From NCBI GenBank assembly GCA_951406725.2, contig OX597818.1:144956001-145020000 (forward strand): a stretch of 64,000 nt of DNA, given 5' to 3'. Numbering within the stretch: position 1 is the first letter of the stretch; every line of letters starts with the position of its first letter. The DNA is from Octopus vulgaris (taxonomy: Eukaryota). Position numbers and translations under genes: made by a program. Positions 43,681-57,122 of the stretch are shown in pieces. Under the pieces are notes generated by a model. That model was not told where the DNA came from, searched no databases, and saw only the letters and a list, made by a program, of their open reading frames with translations.

Positions 43681-44279
43681 CGACATGTCTGCTTCTGCAT
43701 TGTGAACAGACAGATTAATACTTAAAAGATCAGGGGAAGGATGTGAAATTATCATCAACATCGTTATACTAATGAAGTTTTGTGGTGATTTTATCCATCT
43801 TGAATTTTTTGCCCGTATATTACTTTACTAAAAAATTGGTTATTCGAATTATACATACATACATTCATACATACATACATACATACATACATACATACAT
43901 ACATACATACATACATACATACATACATACATACAATACATACATACATACATACATACATACATACACCAATCGATACATATTGTAAAAATGAAATCAA
44001 ACAAAATAGCGATATTTCGAAATTATTTACTACGTACGTTTCAGGTTTGTGTAATGCGTCCATTATGTAAGACCTTCCTCCGTTAATGCACCTCAAAATA
44101 TGAAGCAGTTGATGGAAATATTTCAATATATACGGTCAGATCTCTTTATACACATTCAGAGCATACAGAGCTCTATATACACATTCATCCTAAAGTTAAG
44201 GAAATGAATGTGCATACAGAGGATGGGAAAGAAGGATGAAAGGAGAAAGTAGTAACTAACTTGCTGCTCTGACCTAATA

Positions 44280-44610
44280 TATTCTTTTCTACTGTAGGTA
44301 CAAGGCCCGAAATTTTGGGGGAGGGGGGCAGTCGATTAGATCGACCCCAGTCCGCAACTGGCACTTAATTTATCGACACCGAAAGGATGAAAGGCTAAGT
44401 CGACCTCGGCGGAATCTGTACTCAGAACGTAGCGGCAGACGAAATACCTATTTTTTTACTACCCACAGAGAGGACAAACAAGGACAGACAAACGGATTAA
44501 GTCGATTACATCGACCCCAGTGCGTAACTGGTACTTATTTAATCGACCCCAAAAGAATGAAAGGCAAAGTCGACCTCGGCAGAATTTGAACTCAGAACAT
44601 AACGGCAGAC
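44280..44610 (-). mobile_element. Tandem SINE family A partial copies
   Basis: Consensus similarity. Confidence 0.88.
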
Positions 44611-44885
44611 GTGATGGATGAATTTCCTATTATATATTATGCAGACCTGAAACGTACGCATTAAATGATTTCAAAATGTCAGTAATACGTTTGACTTCAT
44701 TATTACAATTTATTCGACTTGATGCTGGTACAAAGTATGGGGTTCAGACGTCTCTTATGTGGATACTCTAACAACGATTTGGAGTAGTTTGTTATATTTG
44801 ACACGAGTCGAAAATTCTGGTACCGTGCACCGCTTCTTAGCGTAACACGAATAAATCTCTCTCCATCCCTCTCTTTCTCTCTCTT

Positions 44886-44917
<32 letters not shown>

Positions 44918-44960
44918 TGTATGTATGTATGTATGTATGTATGTATGTATGTATGTATGT

Positions 44961-45069
44961 CATTATTCAGTTTATTTCAAAATTCTTCCCAATAGAGAAA
45001 GAACCGGTTTCTCACCTAGATCCAATGCTCTTTCATTGGAATTTCAACATCAACAATAAGGTATTTTTG

Positions 45070-45070
<1 letters not shown>
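44961..45070 (-). mobile_element. ~110-bp element embedded in (TATG/TACA)n; second copy at 59980-60090 (+)
   Basis: The two copies align in opposite orientation and both adjoin TACA-type repeats. End reads TTGAAATAAA(A)CTGAATAATGA. Confidence 0.75.
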
Positions 45071-45103
<33 letters not shown>

Positions 45104-45614
45104 TGTATGTATGTATGTATGTATGTATGTATGTATGTATGTATGTATGTATGTATGTATGCATGTATGTATGTATGAATGTATGTATGTATGTATGTAT
45201 GTATGTATGCATGTATGTATGTACATCTTCTGATCGAATTTTCCGTGTGTTGACATGTACCTCCTTACGACTATGTAAGCTTCATTTAATCAAGATACCC
45301 TTGGCCTGAAGAGTAGCTTGTGATATACACCTCGCTTGGGTATTTTCCTTTTCCGAGGTTCTGGTCGCTATGAAACATAAGTATCCCGGATATGATCTTC
45401 TCCATTCCTTAACTTGTGTATTTTATTCGCATACCTGACAACCCTGGCTGCCTAAAGTGAAATATAAAATAATTCTTTTCAGCTTAGTCTTCTTCGATAC
45501 GGAAACAAATCCACAACCTTTCGCTTCAATAAACCACTATTGTTCCTGAAAGTTGTTTTTTTATATTTTCTACGGTTTGCTTGAAGCTCACCTTCCTACA
45601 CCTCGATCCTTGGA

Positions 45615-45652
<38 letters not shown>

Positions 45653-46231
45653 GCGCGCACACTCACATTTTGTGTCCTGGGCTTGTGTAAAGGACTTGCA
45701 TTCTCACCAGCAAGAAATGCTTAGGAAGGGCGATTTAAACCTAAACTGTATGACAAACAACCAGTATTTTGAACTCCATGTGTGTTTCTGTTTGTGTATT
45801 GTAATTGCATATTTTGTTATGAAATCTATGTCTGATAACTCGTTTCACTTTCGTACGTTTAGTAATGCAAATTATATAATCTAGACTCATTGTCAAACCA
45901 CCCGGGACGTGTAACATTTATACGTGACATCATTAGATTGATGAGAAAGTTCATCATCGTGGAGATGGCCAGCGACTATTCAAGATTAGGCTGGAGAACC
46001 GCCTTATATTGGTGTCTGAAAAGTGGGGAATCAACATAGAATAGAACAAGGGGGGGGGGGGCGGCAGACAGGAGTAAGGATGTTACTGGAACGTCTGTGA
46101 ATAAAGATGGAAGGTCATTTTCGGATGAATAGTTTTATTGTTTCATCTTGTTAGATGCATTTCTTTGATATTCGTTATAACTTTGGCAATGTGTATATTT
46201 TCTCTGTTCAACATTAAACGTACACATATGG

Positions 46232-46314
<83 letters not shown>

Positions 46315-46363
46315 ATAACAATACTACACACACACGTGCATATATACATACGCATGTGTATAA

Positions 46364-46420
<57 letters not shown>

Positions 46421-47627
46421 ATCATACACATACACACATAGATGCATAAAAATACACACGTTAATACTGGAAGTAAATCACTGACACAAAGGAACAAAAG
46501 AATATTATTAACTATTGAAAAAAATAATCCCAAATACCTTGTATTCTCACCTAGTATTTCATGCATTGGTACATCTGACTGTAGATTGACCATTAACTTT
46601 CATTTTCAAGGTGGATGCCTATTAAGGAAAGTAATTGTATCGTAGAAACATAGCTATAAGTTCTACACAAGCTATATCTAGACACCGACATGCTGCACAT
46701 CGAGGTATTTTTAATAACAGATTATGTAAAGTAGCCTCGCTAGCGGAATATATATGGGATCTAAAATCTAACACTTGGTTTCAGACTACCAAATTGTAGC
46801 CTTGCAAAAGCTCCTGCATAGACAGGATATGAAAAACATTACAGATTTAGCTCAACAGAATATACTTAAAATGCTAGCAAGTAAAGAATTACTCGTAAAA
46901 GAGAGCCCACGATTGCTTTTAAACACAAGCTACACAATCATTTAGTTGATTCAACAGTTTACGTTTTTGATTTTCAAGAATATTTAATATGGAAAGTTTT
47001 ACCATTGAAATCTTGATTCTGCTGAATGACATTTTATACAAGATTCCCTCCAATTTGCATTGTCTGCATAACTCCACAATTTTTTTTATTAGTTCATCAT
47101 TTCAGAGTTTCCCACCTTGCTTGTTCTTTTTAAGTTTGGAGCAGTTGGAGGGAAGGAGTTTCCGTCTACTAATAACACGGATAATTTTAGTTGAATAAAG
47201 TTTTTCACTTCACTGCGTCATATGTGTGAGATCTTAGCCTATTTAAATTTACATGTAGCTTGGCGCCATCAAACCTGAGCAAAAGTTGGCCCCGATATTG
47301 TCTACAGTATGATTAATGTACTCAATAAAACGCCAACGATGTCTGCAGTCTGATTAATTGTGTCAATAAAACAGAAAAAAATGTTAAATGTTACAATAAA
47401 CTGTTTCCACTAAGATCTGATTACTGCAACATCTGGCTAACTTTTAGTTTTCTTTTCATACACGTTCACGTGCTTTTTCTAGTTTTAATTACTTTCTTTG
47501 TTTTCATCTTTAATCCTCTTAAATTTTTTTTGCTTCTTTCCTTCCTTCCTTCCTCCTCTCTCCCTCCTTCTTTCCCTTCTTTCCTCCACTTCTTTGTATT
47601 TTGTCATTCATTCTCTTCTTTTCTTTT

Positions 47628-47769
<142 letters not shown>

Positions 47770-47787
47770 CATCTATCCATCTATCTA

Positions 47788-48200
47788 TGGCACGTATGAA
47801 TGACGAAGCCACCTTGAGCATGATCCTATGAACCCAGAAATTGAAAACAGAGAGTTGCTTATTCGCAAAAAAAAAAAAGAAATATAACATGTGACTCCAT
47901 TGACCGAGGTTACCGTGGTCTTTTCCGTAGGCTTTTCTTTCCACGGGTAAACCTCACCTGTCCTCCCCTTTACACTTCATATTGACATTTCTGTGATAAC
48001 GATCCCTATTGATCAATTTTTTTTTTCCTCTCCCCCTTTTTTTTTAACCCCCTTTTTTGTCCTCTTTCTCTCCTTTTACGATCCCTTTTGATCGAAACTC
48101 CCCCTTCCTTTTTTTTTTCTTTTTTAAACCTTCAAAAGAAAAGCTCTACCTTGTAATTTGTCCTGTCTGTGTGCAGCCCTGTGTGGCTAATAAAGAAACA
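47788..48200 (+). mobile_element. 3' end of an L1/Tx1-like LINE inserted in (TATC)n
   Basis: Short ORF end ARMNDEATLSMIL*, a pyrimidine-rich 3' UTR and terminal AATAAAGAAAC. (TATC)n on both sides. Clade assignment is inference. Confidence 0.6.
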
Positions 48201-48300
<100 letters not shown>

Positions 48301-48399
48301 ACTTTCTTCACTCACTTCTTCAATTCATTTATTTCTTCCTTCATTCCTTCATTCCCTTCTTTTTCTTAGCATCTCTTTGTTTCATTGTGATAATCTTTC

Positions 48400-48960
48400 T
48401 GAAATTCCACCAAGGTCGGCTTTGCCTTTGGCCCTTTGTCGGTAAAATAAGTTGTGCACTTGGGTCGATGTAATCACTCCGCCAACCAAGTTTTAGGTCT
48501 TGTGTCTATAGTATAAAGGACTGTTAAAATCTTTCTAAGGGAGTTGTATTGGTAGAATTGTAAGTGCTTTGGAAAATGTTTTGCAGTGTTTATTCCAACA
48601 TAGCTTCTGAGTTCAAATCTCGCTAAGGTCAACTTAGCTTCCTATTCTTTCCAGGTTAAGAAAATAAAGTACCAGCCAAGTATTAGAATCGATGTTATCA
48701 ACGAAAAAAACGAAAAAATACTCCCTTCAAAACAAATGATCCTGTGTTTAAATCAGAAACTATAACTACAGACTTTCTAAGGTTGCTGGATAAGTAGAAG
48801 ACAGAATATTTAAAACGTTGGAAAAAGTAAATGTTTTACGATGTTTCTTGCAGCTCTTACACTCTGCGCTCAAATCCAAACTGGGTCAACTTTGCTTTAA
48901 CTTACCACTATTGATAAATTAAAGTATTTCCACTTCTTAAACTGCAGGTCTCTGGTTATA
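48400..48960 (+). mobile_element. Decayed tandem SINE family A copies
   Basis: Three degenerate TCAAAT...GGTCAACTT...AAAGTA units. Confidence 0.6.
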
Positions 48961-49357
48961 TTAGTAACTGTCATTATAATCTTTCTATAGGTCCTTTCTT
49001 TTTTTTTTTTACGCTATTTATCTCGTTGATATCTTTCCTTTCGTCAAATCGCTTTGTTTGTTTTCTATGATTTTCCTTGATTCTTTCTTTCATTAATTCT
49101 TTGTTTTGTCATTTCTTTTTCTTTTTCACTTGATAAAATCTGTACCTTTTTATTTCTTTCCCTTTCTTCGAAGCATATTGAAGATTGCACTCTTATGTAT
49201 ATTTTGGTTTCTGTGACATTTGCCACACTTCTGTACAGGATTCACTGCTATCTGTATGCACATATATTTTGCTTCTGCATGGTTGACTATAAATTGACAA
49301 CAACTGTATGAAAACAATGAAAGTAAATGTCAGGCTACTTAATAATAACAGTCTCAA

Positions 49358-50165
49358 AGGCGGCGAGCTCGCAGAAATGCGTAGCCGTATTTCGTCTGCC
49401 GTTACGTTCTGAGTTCAAATTCCGCCGAGGTCGACTTTGCCTTTCATCCTTTCGGGGTCGATAAATTAAGTACCAGTTACGCACTGGGGTCGATCTAATC
49501 AACTTAGTCCGTTTGTCTGTCCTTGTTTGTCTTCTCTGTGTTTAGCCCCTTGTGGGTAGTAAAGAAATAGAAATAGGTATTTCGTCTGCCGCTACGTTCT
49601 GAGTTCAAATTCAGCAGAGGTCGACTTTACCTTTCATTCTTTCGAGGTCGATTAAATAAGTACCAGTTACGCACTGGCGTCGATATAATCAACTTAATCC
49701 GTTTGTCTGTCCTTGTTTGTCCCCTCTGTGTGTAACCCCTTGCGGGCAGTAAAGAAATAAAAAACGTTAGCACGCCGGGCAAAATGCTTAGTGGTATTTC
49801 GTCTGCCTTTACGTTCTGAGTTCAAATTCCGCCGAGGTCGACTTTGCCTTTCATCCTTTCAAGGTCGATAAATTAAGTGCCAGTTGCGTACTGGGGTCGA
49901 TCTAATCGACTGGTTCCCTTTCGGGCCTTGTGCCTAGAGTAGAAAAGAATAATAACAGTCTCAAATTTTGGCACAAGACCAGTATATTTAGTGGGAGTGG
50001 GCAAGTCGATTACATCAACTTCAGTGCTCAACAGGTGCTTATTTTATCGACCTCGAAAGGATGAAAAGCAAAGTCAACCGCGATGGCATTTGAATTCAGA
50101 ACGTAAAGTCGGAAGTAACGCTGCTAAGCATTTTGTCTGGCGTGCTAACAATTCTGCAAGTTGGT
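49358..50165. mobile_element. SINE family A cluster: three + units (49358-49950) and one - copy (49960-50165)
   Basis: Consensus similarity; internal units restart at GGTATTTCGTCTGCC. Confidence 0.92.
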
Positions 50166-50664
50166 CCCAACATATTTTATATAAGGAATAAAGAAATGTC
50201 CAATTACTTCAAGTTACTTTTGTAGTGAGGGAGAGGCAATAAAAACTTAGTGTCTCAATGTTGATCAGATCAGGTTAGAGCAAAGGGCGACACTTCTGGA
50301 ATTTTATTTAATTAAAGGTCAAATTACGAATTTAATGGGGAAATGAATACCGCGTGGGGACTAAAACATACTGAATCTGTTAGCTGACAAGCACTGTGGC
50401 TAAATTCAGAAATGTCGTGGTCATATTAGACCTACCTAACGAAGAATATATAGTTTTCCAGTACTTGCTCTTTCCTGTAATTGCTATATATTTGCACCTG
50501 TAAATTACCTTTGCAAAAAGTAATTTTAATTAACTGAAAACCCTTTTATGCTCATTACATTATGTAAGTTACGATTCACTTAAATGTTTCTTCATGCAGA
50601 TGACAACGCTTATATTTTATTATTTTAAATACTCGCTACAAGAGTACTATGTCATTATATCTTT

Positions 50665-51045
50665 TATCTTCTACTTGTTTCAGTCATATTACTGCAGCCA
50701 TTCTGGGGCACCGCCTTGAATAGTTTTAGTCGAACAAATCGACACCAGGGCTTATTTTTTGAAGCCTCGTACTTATTTTATCGGTTTCTATACCTAACCG
50801 TTAAGTTATGGGGACGTAAACACACCAACACCGTTTGTCAAGCGGTAGTGGGGACAAACACAGAGTCAAAGACACACACACGTGTGTGCGTGTATATATA
50901 TATATACGATGGGCTTCTTTAATTTTCCGTAAACTAAATCCACTCAAATCCGAGGCTATAGCAGAAGATACTTGCCCAAGGTGCCACGCAGTGCCACTGA
51001 ACCTGCAACCGTGTGGTTGAGAATCAAGCTTCTTACCACACGGTT
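50665..51045 (-). mobile_element. Diverged SINE family B copy
   Basis: Reverse similarity to 3188-3665. Confidence 0.8.
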
Positions 51046-51072
51046 ACGACATATACACCCACCACACACACA

Positions 51073-51290
51073 TACGAGGAGTACTGAAAAATTCCCGGCT
51101 TTGAGTAAAAGAAAATACAGGAGGATCAGTTAATTATGATTTTACTCAACATATTCCCCTCTCAGATTCACACACTTATTGCAGTGGTCCTTCAGTTTTT
51201 GTAAACCCTGTAAAAGAACTGGGAAGGTTGGGCCTCCAACCAGGCCTTTCGTAATACCATTAAAGTCAGGAACTTTTCAGTACACCCACC
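51073..51290 (-). mobile_element. Mariner-derived MITE (same family as 6711-6930)
   Basis: TIRs and interior align in reverse to 6711-6930. Confidence 0.88.
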
Positions 51291-51306
51291 TTGTGTATGT
51301 ACCTAT

Positions 51307-51339
<33 letters not shown>

Positions 51340-51620
51340 TTAATTATCAGCTACGGAAGGAGTGAGTATGAATACCAAAAGTTAATCTTTATATTCAACT
51401 TAACATGGATGACTTTTTAAAACATCGAATGCATGTATGAGTATGAGAGTGTGTGCGTACACATACATGCTCTCACTTTTCTTCTATATATCTAACCTGA
51501 GTGAGAACTTCAGCTCGAAATGTTAAAAAAACATTTTCATTTCATTCGCTCATTTAGCGTCACACTAATTATGATTGTTTTTCACTTTGCTTTTTCTGGT
51601 GTTATGTTCATCTTAAATTA

Positions 51621-51684
<64 letters not shown>

Positions 51685-52618
51685 TATATATATAAAACAA
51701 GACATAAAATAATGATAAATACATATTTTTCTTTATTGTAGTAAGTTTGACTTACAACTGTTTCTAGAAGTCATTAAAGTTCATTGTTGATACGTTATAA
51801 CCAGAAATGAATCTGACGAAAGTAGCATTAATTTTTTAGGTCGATCAATTTTTCTCGACCGTTCAATGGATCGATTGAGTAAACCTATCAGTAACTGGAA
51901 ACAGCTATAAGTCAAACTTACTACAGTAAAGAAAAATATGTAATGACCATTATTTATGCCTTGTCTTGTATACGACTCTGTGTGAAAACCAGTATAAGTG
52001 GAGCACAAACATGAATTTACCGTATATCGAATGGTAATAAACTATAAGCCCGGACCCTACCACAAAAATACGCGCAGTTCTTTATTTACCGAAACAATAT
52101 CGTTAGCTTAGTGTGCTAACAGGGTTTTAAAAGTAGTTTGCACGGATTGATAATTCCCCACTAATAACTATGTTTCATTGTGTGTGTGTGTGTATATACA
52201 CATATACATACATATATATATATGCATACATACACACACGCGTATGTGCGTTGTGTGCGCGCGCGTTAGCGGTACATAAAACATACCAAAGTTAATAATT
52301 TTTAAAATTATCGTCATAGCACGAAGGCATCACTTGCAAAGGTACAGCGAGACAATATAATGCTGTGAATCTCAGAAGCAAAACGATAACACCATAATTT
52401 GAAACCCTCAAAGGAAGGAAATTTATAGGCATTCATGTTATGACACATCTGTATTGCCATGTTACTGAAGTTAGGTTTTATTTAAGTTTATAAGAGACAC
52501 ATGAATGAAGTGCTTAATTCTACTTCCTATATTTCGCAATAATTAAATGCTTACCACGTGCGCCTAGACCAAAGCCAAAATTATTTGCCTTCACACATTT
52601 CATCTGTGTATTTACGTA

Positions 52619-52725
<107 letters not shown>

Positions 52726-52730
52726 AGGTC

Positions 52731-53040
52731 TGAAGGTGCGTGGTATAGTGTTTCGTGTATTCGGTTCACAATCGCAAGATCGTGAGTTCGATTCCCGGTA
52801 GCGTGCTGTGTCCTTGAACAAGACACTTTATTTCGTGTTGTTCCATCCTGCTCGGCTGGCAAAAATGAATAGTACCTTTATTTCAAAGGGCCAGCCTTGT
52901 CACATTCTATGTCACGTTGAATCTCTCTAGGAGATACGTTAGAGGCACGCGCGTCCGCGGAGCCCTCATCCACTTGCACGTTAATTTCACCAGCGGGTTG
53001 TTTCATTGATCGAATCAGTTGGAACCCTCGTCATCGTAAC
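52731..53040 (+). mobile_element. tRNA-derived SINE family C
   Basis: TGGTATAGTG A-box-like, GAGTTCGATTCC B-box, then TGTGTCCTTGAACAAGACACTTTA. Confidence 0.7.
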
Positions 53041-53547
53041 CGCCTCTGTCTGTCTGTCTGTCTGTCTGGAGGCTGTTTACCTTGAGAGGCGGAGTGAAGT
53101 CACGCGACCTGGCCCATCCAGTGGCTTTAGCAGCCGCTTTTCGTTTGTCGACGATATAGTTACGTGTGCTTTTGTGCAGCTCTTTGTCCTTACGAGATAT
53201 CCTCTCAAGGTATTTAATGCAGGAGGATGTGACAGAATATGGATTATACCACAACCGCCACATTTAGGTGGAGATCAAGATTACATTTTGATATTAATAC
53301 TACTACTGTCGCTATCAATTATTATATATATAGAGGCGTGACTTGTGGTTTCCAACCACATGATTCTGCGTTCAATCCTCTTGCGTGGCTCCTTGGGCGA
53401 GTGTCTTCTCTAATGAAGGAAGTAACGTTAAGTGTTCATCCGATGAGAGAACACGTGTTTAATCGGGAAGACTTTCGTTGTAGTGTCATCAACGCGATGT
53501 GAGCGTACCATACATACATACATACATACATACATACATACATACAT

Positions 53548-53578
<31 letters not shown>

Positions 53579-53594
53579 TACATACATGCATACA

Positions 53595-54147
53595 TGGTGG
53601 CTGCCCATCGTTATCAAGTATGGCCATTGCACGAAGCTTAATCAATGTTGTTATCGTGCAATGCCTGTGCAAGAAGATTTTTTTAAAGTGAGGAAAAGCT
53701 GTGCACTGAGTCAATCCCACTCACTAAGCAACAGCGGCCATAATCCGAAAAGAAGAACAAGTCAACATCATCGGTAACCACTGAGCCGCAGGTTTTATGT
53801 CGGAGTTATCCCAGTTTCCCGAGTTACCTTCTCCTAGAAGGATGCCCTAACAAAGGCTAGGAGTCCATCACTCCCAATGGTTTAACCGCGCGATCGGGTA
53901 TTCAGTCCGATTATTTCTATGTCCCCGCGCATGATACAGCCTTAAGACATTTATTGGATGGCCGTTGACTCTCAAGAGTTCCTCCGCCCTTTGACGGGTT
54001 TTGTTTTTCATCCCGCAGGGTGTCCAATAAACACCCTCCTCACCAAGCAAGCTTGGTGGGGTTGCCGGTTTAGTCGCCGACGACCCGACCATGCAACAGG
54101 TTGTACTGGGTTACATGTTACCAGTAGCACTCGAAAGTGACCTGACG
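53595..54147 (-). mobile_element. Non-autonomous RTE-like element between (TACA)n arrays
   Basis: GC-rich structured 5' end. Contains CTAGGAGAAGGTAACTC, resembling RTE 5'-UTR motifs. No long ORF; TACA repeats on both flanks. Confidence 0.55.
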
Positions 54148-54320
54148 TACATACATACATACATACATACATACATACATACATACATACATACATACAT
54201 ACATACATACATACATACATACATACACACACAAACACACACACATACATATATTTATGTATTTATTTATAAACAAGCATTGAAGCGTCGAGTGGTCGGT
54301 ATTTTTCAGACATGAAAACT

Positions 54321-54535
54321 TCTAGAACGCAGGAGAATGGCTGTGAAAGCAGCTTAGAAGATCGGGTGAAAATAACTTGGAATATCGGGTAAAAATACCC
54401 TTATAAGACGGGGAAAAAGTGGCCAGCAAGACGCTACTGAGAACCGAACCCTGTACCTGAAATTCAGCTTTCTTATAAGGGTATTTTTACCTGGTATTCT
54501 AAGCTGTTTTCACAGCCATTCACCTGCGTTCTAGA
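54321..54535. mobile_element. Fold-back MITE with ~65-bp inverted arms
   Basis: TCTAGAACGCAGGAGAATGGCTGTGAAAGCAGCTTAGAA..GGTAAAAATACCCTTATAAGA versus TCTTATAAGGGTATTTTTACC..TTCACAGCCATTCACCTGCGTTCTAGA. Confidence 0.8.
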
Positions 54536-54564
54536 TTTCTTGAAATTAAAAAAAAGAAAATACA

Positions 54565-54742
54565 TAGTCGCAGGAATGGCTGTGTGGATAGGCGCAGGTA
54601 AGTAGCTTGCTTATCAACCGCATGGTTCCGGGTTCAGTCCCTCTGCGTGACACCTTGGGCAAGTGTCTTCTACTATAGCCTCGAGCCGACCAAAGCCTTG
54701 TGAGTGGATTTGGTAGACAGAAACTGAAAGAAGCCCGTCGTA

Positions 54743-54800
<58 letters not shown>

Positions 54801-55023
54801 TGTATGTGTGTGTATACGTTTGTGTGTCTGTGTTTAATCCCCCCCCAGCATCGCTTGACAGCCAATGCTGGCGTGTTTACGTCCCCGTAACTTAGCAGTT
54901 CAGCAAAAGTCACCGATAGAGTAAGTACTAGGCTTACAAAGAATAAGTCCTGGGGTCGATTTGCTCGACTAAAAGGCGGTGCTCCAGCTTGGCCACAGTC
55001 AAATGACTGAAACAAGTAAAAGA
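54565..55023 (+). mobile_element. SINE family B copy with partly duplicated head
   Basis: Similarity to 3188-3665. Confidence 0.9.
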
Positions 55024-55140
55024 GTTCTATACATATAACACACAAACTCGCGCGTGCAACATATGTATATATTCCATTTATTTACTCAACTGAGTCCTAC
55101 TGATTCGTTATTCATCATCATCATCATCGTCATCGTCATC

Positions 55141-55197
<57 letters not shown>

Positions 55198-55200
<3 letters not shown>

Positions 55201-55456
55201 TAGTTTTATTTTTATAGCGTGCTTTCACTTCACTACCGAGCGCAGCTCTGTGTGCCTTGGGTATGTGCTGTGATTTGTTGTGATGCTCTGATGGTTATTG
55301 TATGGAAAGTGTTCTGCGTAGGATGTGTGCAGTGCCTAGTAGTGCAATTTTCTGTATGTTATATGTGTTTGTAAGTCCTGGTGTTTTTGTTATGTATTTG
55401 TCTGCGTATTTTTTTATCATGCCTATGATAGGAATTGTTTCTGTTTTTAGATTCCA
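55198..55456 (-). mobile_element. Very short 3' copy of the 27.5-kb Dong-like element in (TAA)n
   Basis: Near-identical to 27471-27748 apart from a short deletion at a CCTA microhomology. Same 3' junction; TTA repeats on both sides. Confidence 0.95.
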
Positions 55457-55508
55457 TTAATTATTATTATTATTATTATTATTGTTGTTATTGTTGTTGT
55501 TGTTGTTG

Positions 55509-55605
<97 letters not shown>

Positions 55606-55619
55606 CGTTATTATAGCGG

Positions 55620-55913
55620 CCATAGGTGGCGAGCTGGCAGAATTGTTAGCACACCGGGTGAAATGCTTAGCAGTATTTCGTCCGGCGCTACGTTCTGAGT
55701 TCAAATTCCACCGAAGTTGACTTTGCCCTTCATCCTTTCGGAGTCAATAAATTAAGTGTAACTGGGAGAGTATTTCACAGAACGTGCAACCAAAACGAAA
55801 TGCTGAGGATGGAGTCTGGTGATTTATACATGTACAGACCATTTGATCACTTTTTATATGAAACCATGATGCATTATTTAATGTATTAGCATTCCATTTA
55901 TCTATAACCACAA

Positions 55914-55957
<44 letters not shown>

Positions 55958-56284
55958 ACACACACACACACATACACTCATTTTACTCTTTCCTTTTCCC
56001 TCCCTCTTTCTTCTCCGGATTCTGTTTGTCTATTTCTCACTCTCTGTTCTATCTCACGTTCTGTCTGTTATATTCATAGAGGTATATTCACACATATATA
56101 GATTCATGTATTTACTTATTTTTTTAGCTATTTATGTAGCAAACACACACAAACTTACAGACGCGCACACACACATACACACGTACACACCTGCATACAC
56201 TCACGCCTGCGCACGCACACACCATTCATAACGATTCTGCTAGCTCAAAGCTTTCAATAATAAATGATGATAATGATGATGATG

Positions 56285-56343
<59 letters not shown>

Positions 56344-56760
56344 TGATTTGAAATTTTGGCACAAGGTCAGCAGTTTCGAGGAAGGGGGTGAATCGATTAC
56401 ATCGACCTGGCACTCAACTGGTATTTATTTTATCGACTCCGAAAGAATGAAAAGCTAAGTCGACCTCGGTGGAATTTGAACTCAGAACGATTCCGCCAGC
56501 TCACCGTCTTTGGCCGCTTTAATAATAATAATAATGATCTTTTCTATCAAAGGCACAAGGCCTGACATTTAGGAGGAAGGGTCTAGTCGAATACATCGCT
56601 CCCCACCAGCGTTTCACTGGTACTTAATTTATTGACTCCGAAAGGATGAAAGGCAAAGTCAACTTCGGTGGAATTTGAACTCAGAACGTAGCGCCGGACG
56701 AAATACTGCTAAGCATTTCACCCGGTGTGCTAACAATTCTGCCAGCTCGCCGCCTTTGGC
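55620..56760. mobile_element. SINE family A copies: 55620-55757 (+), 56345-56510 (-), 56535-56755 (-)
   Basis: Consensus similarity. Confidence 0.9.
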
Positions 56761-56763
56761 CGC

Positions 56764-56816
<53 letters not shown>

Positions 56817-57078
56817 TGATGATGATGATGATAACGATGATGATGATGATGATAACGATGATGATGATGATGATGATGATGATGAATAACGGTAGAAATT
56901 GTCACCGTGCTCGCCGATTCGATCGTTTGGATTATATTCTAGACTAGCAGAGAATGGAATTAGGGTAGAGTGCTGATCGATATGTTTGTGTGTGTATGTG
57001 TTTTGTGTATGAACGTGTGCGTGTGTTGTGTCTAGGTCAGCTAGCTAGGCACAGTGAACAAGCGGACTACTTGATCGT

Positions 57079-57122
<44 letters not shown>

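Noticed and set aside
45910-46182. Solo LTR
   Set aside because: TGTAAC start and AATAAA are present, but there is no convincing CA end or TSD.
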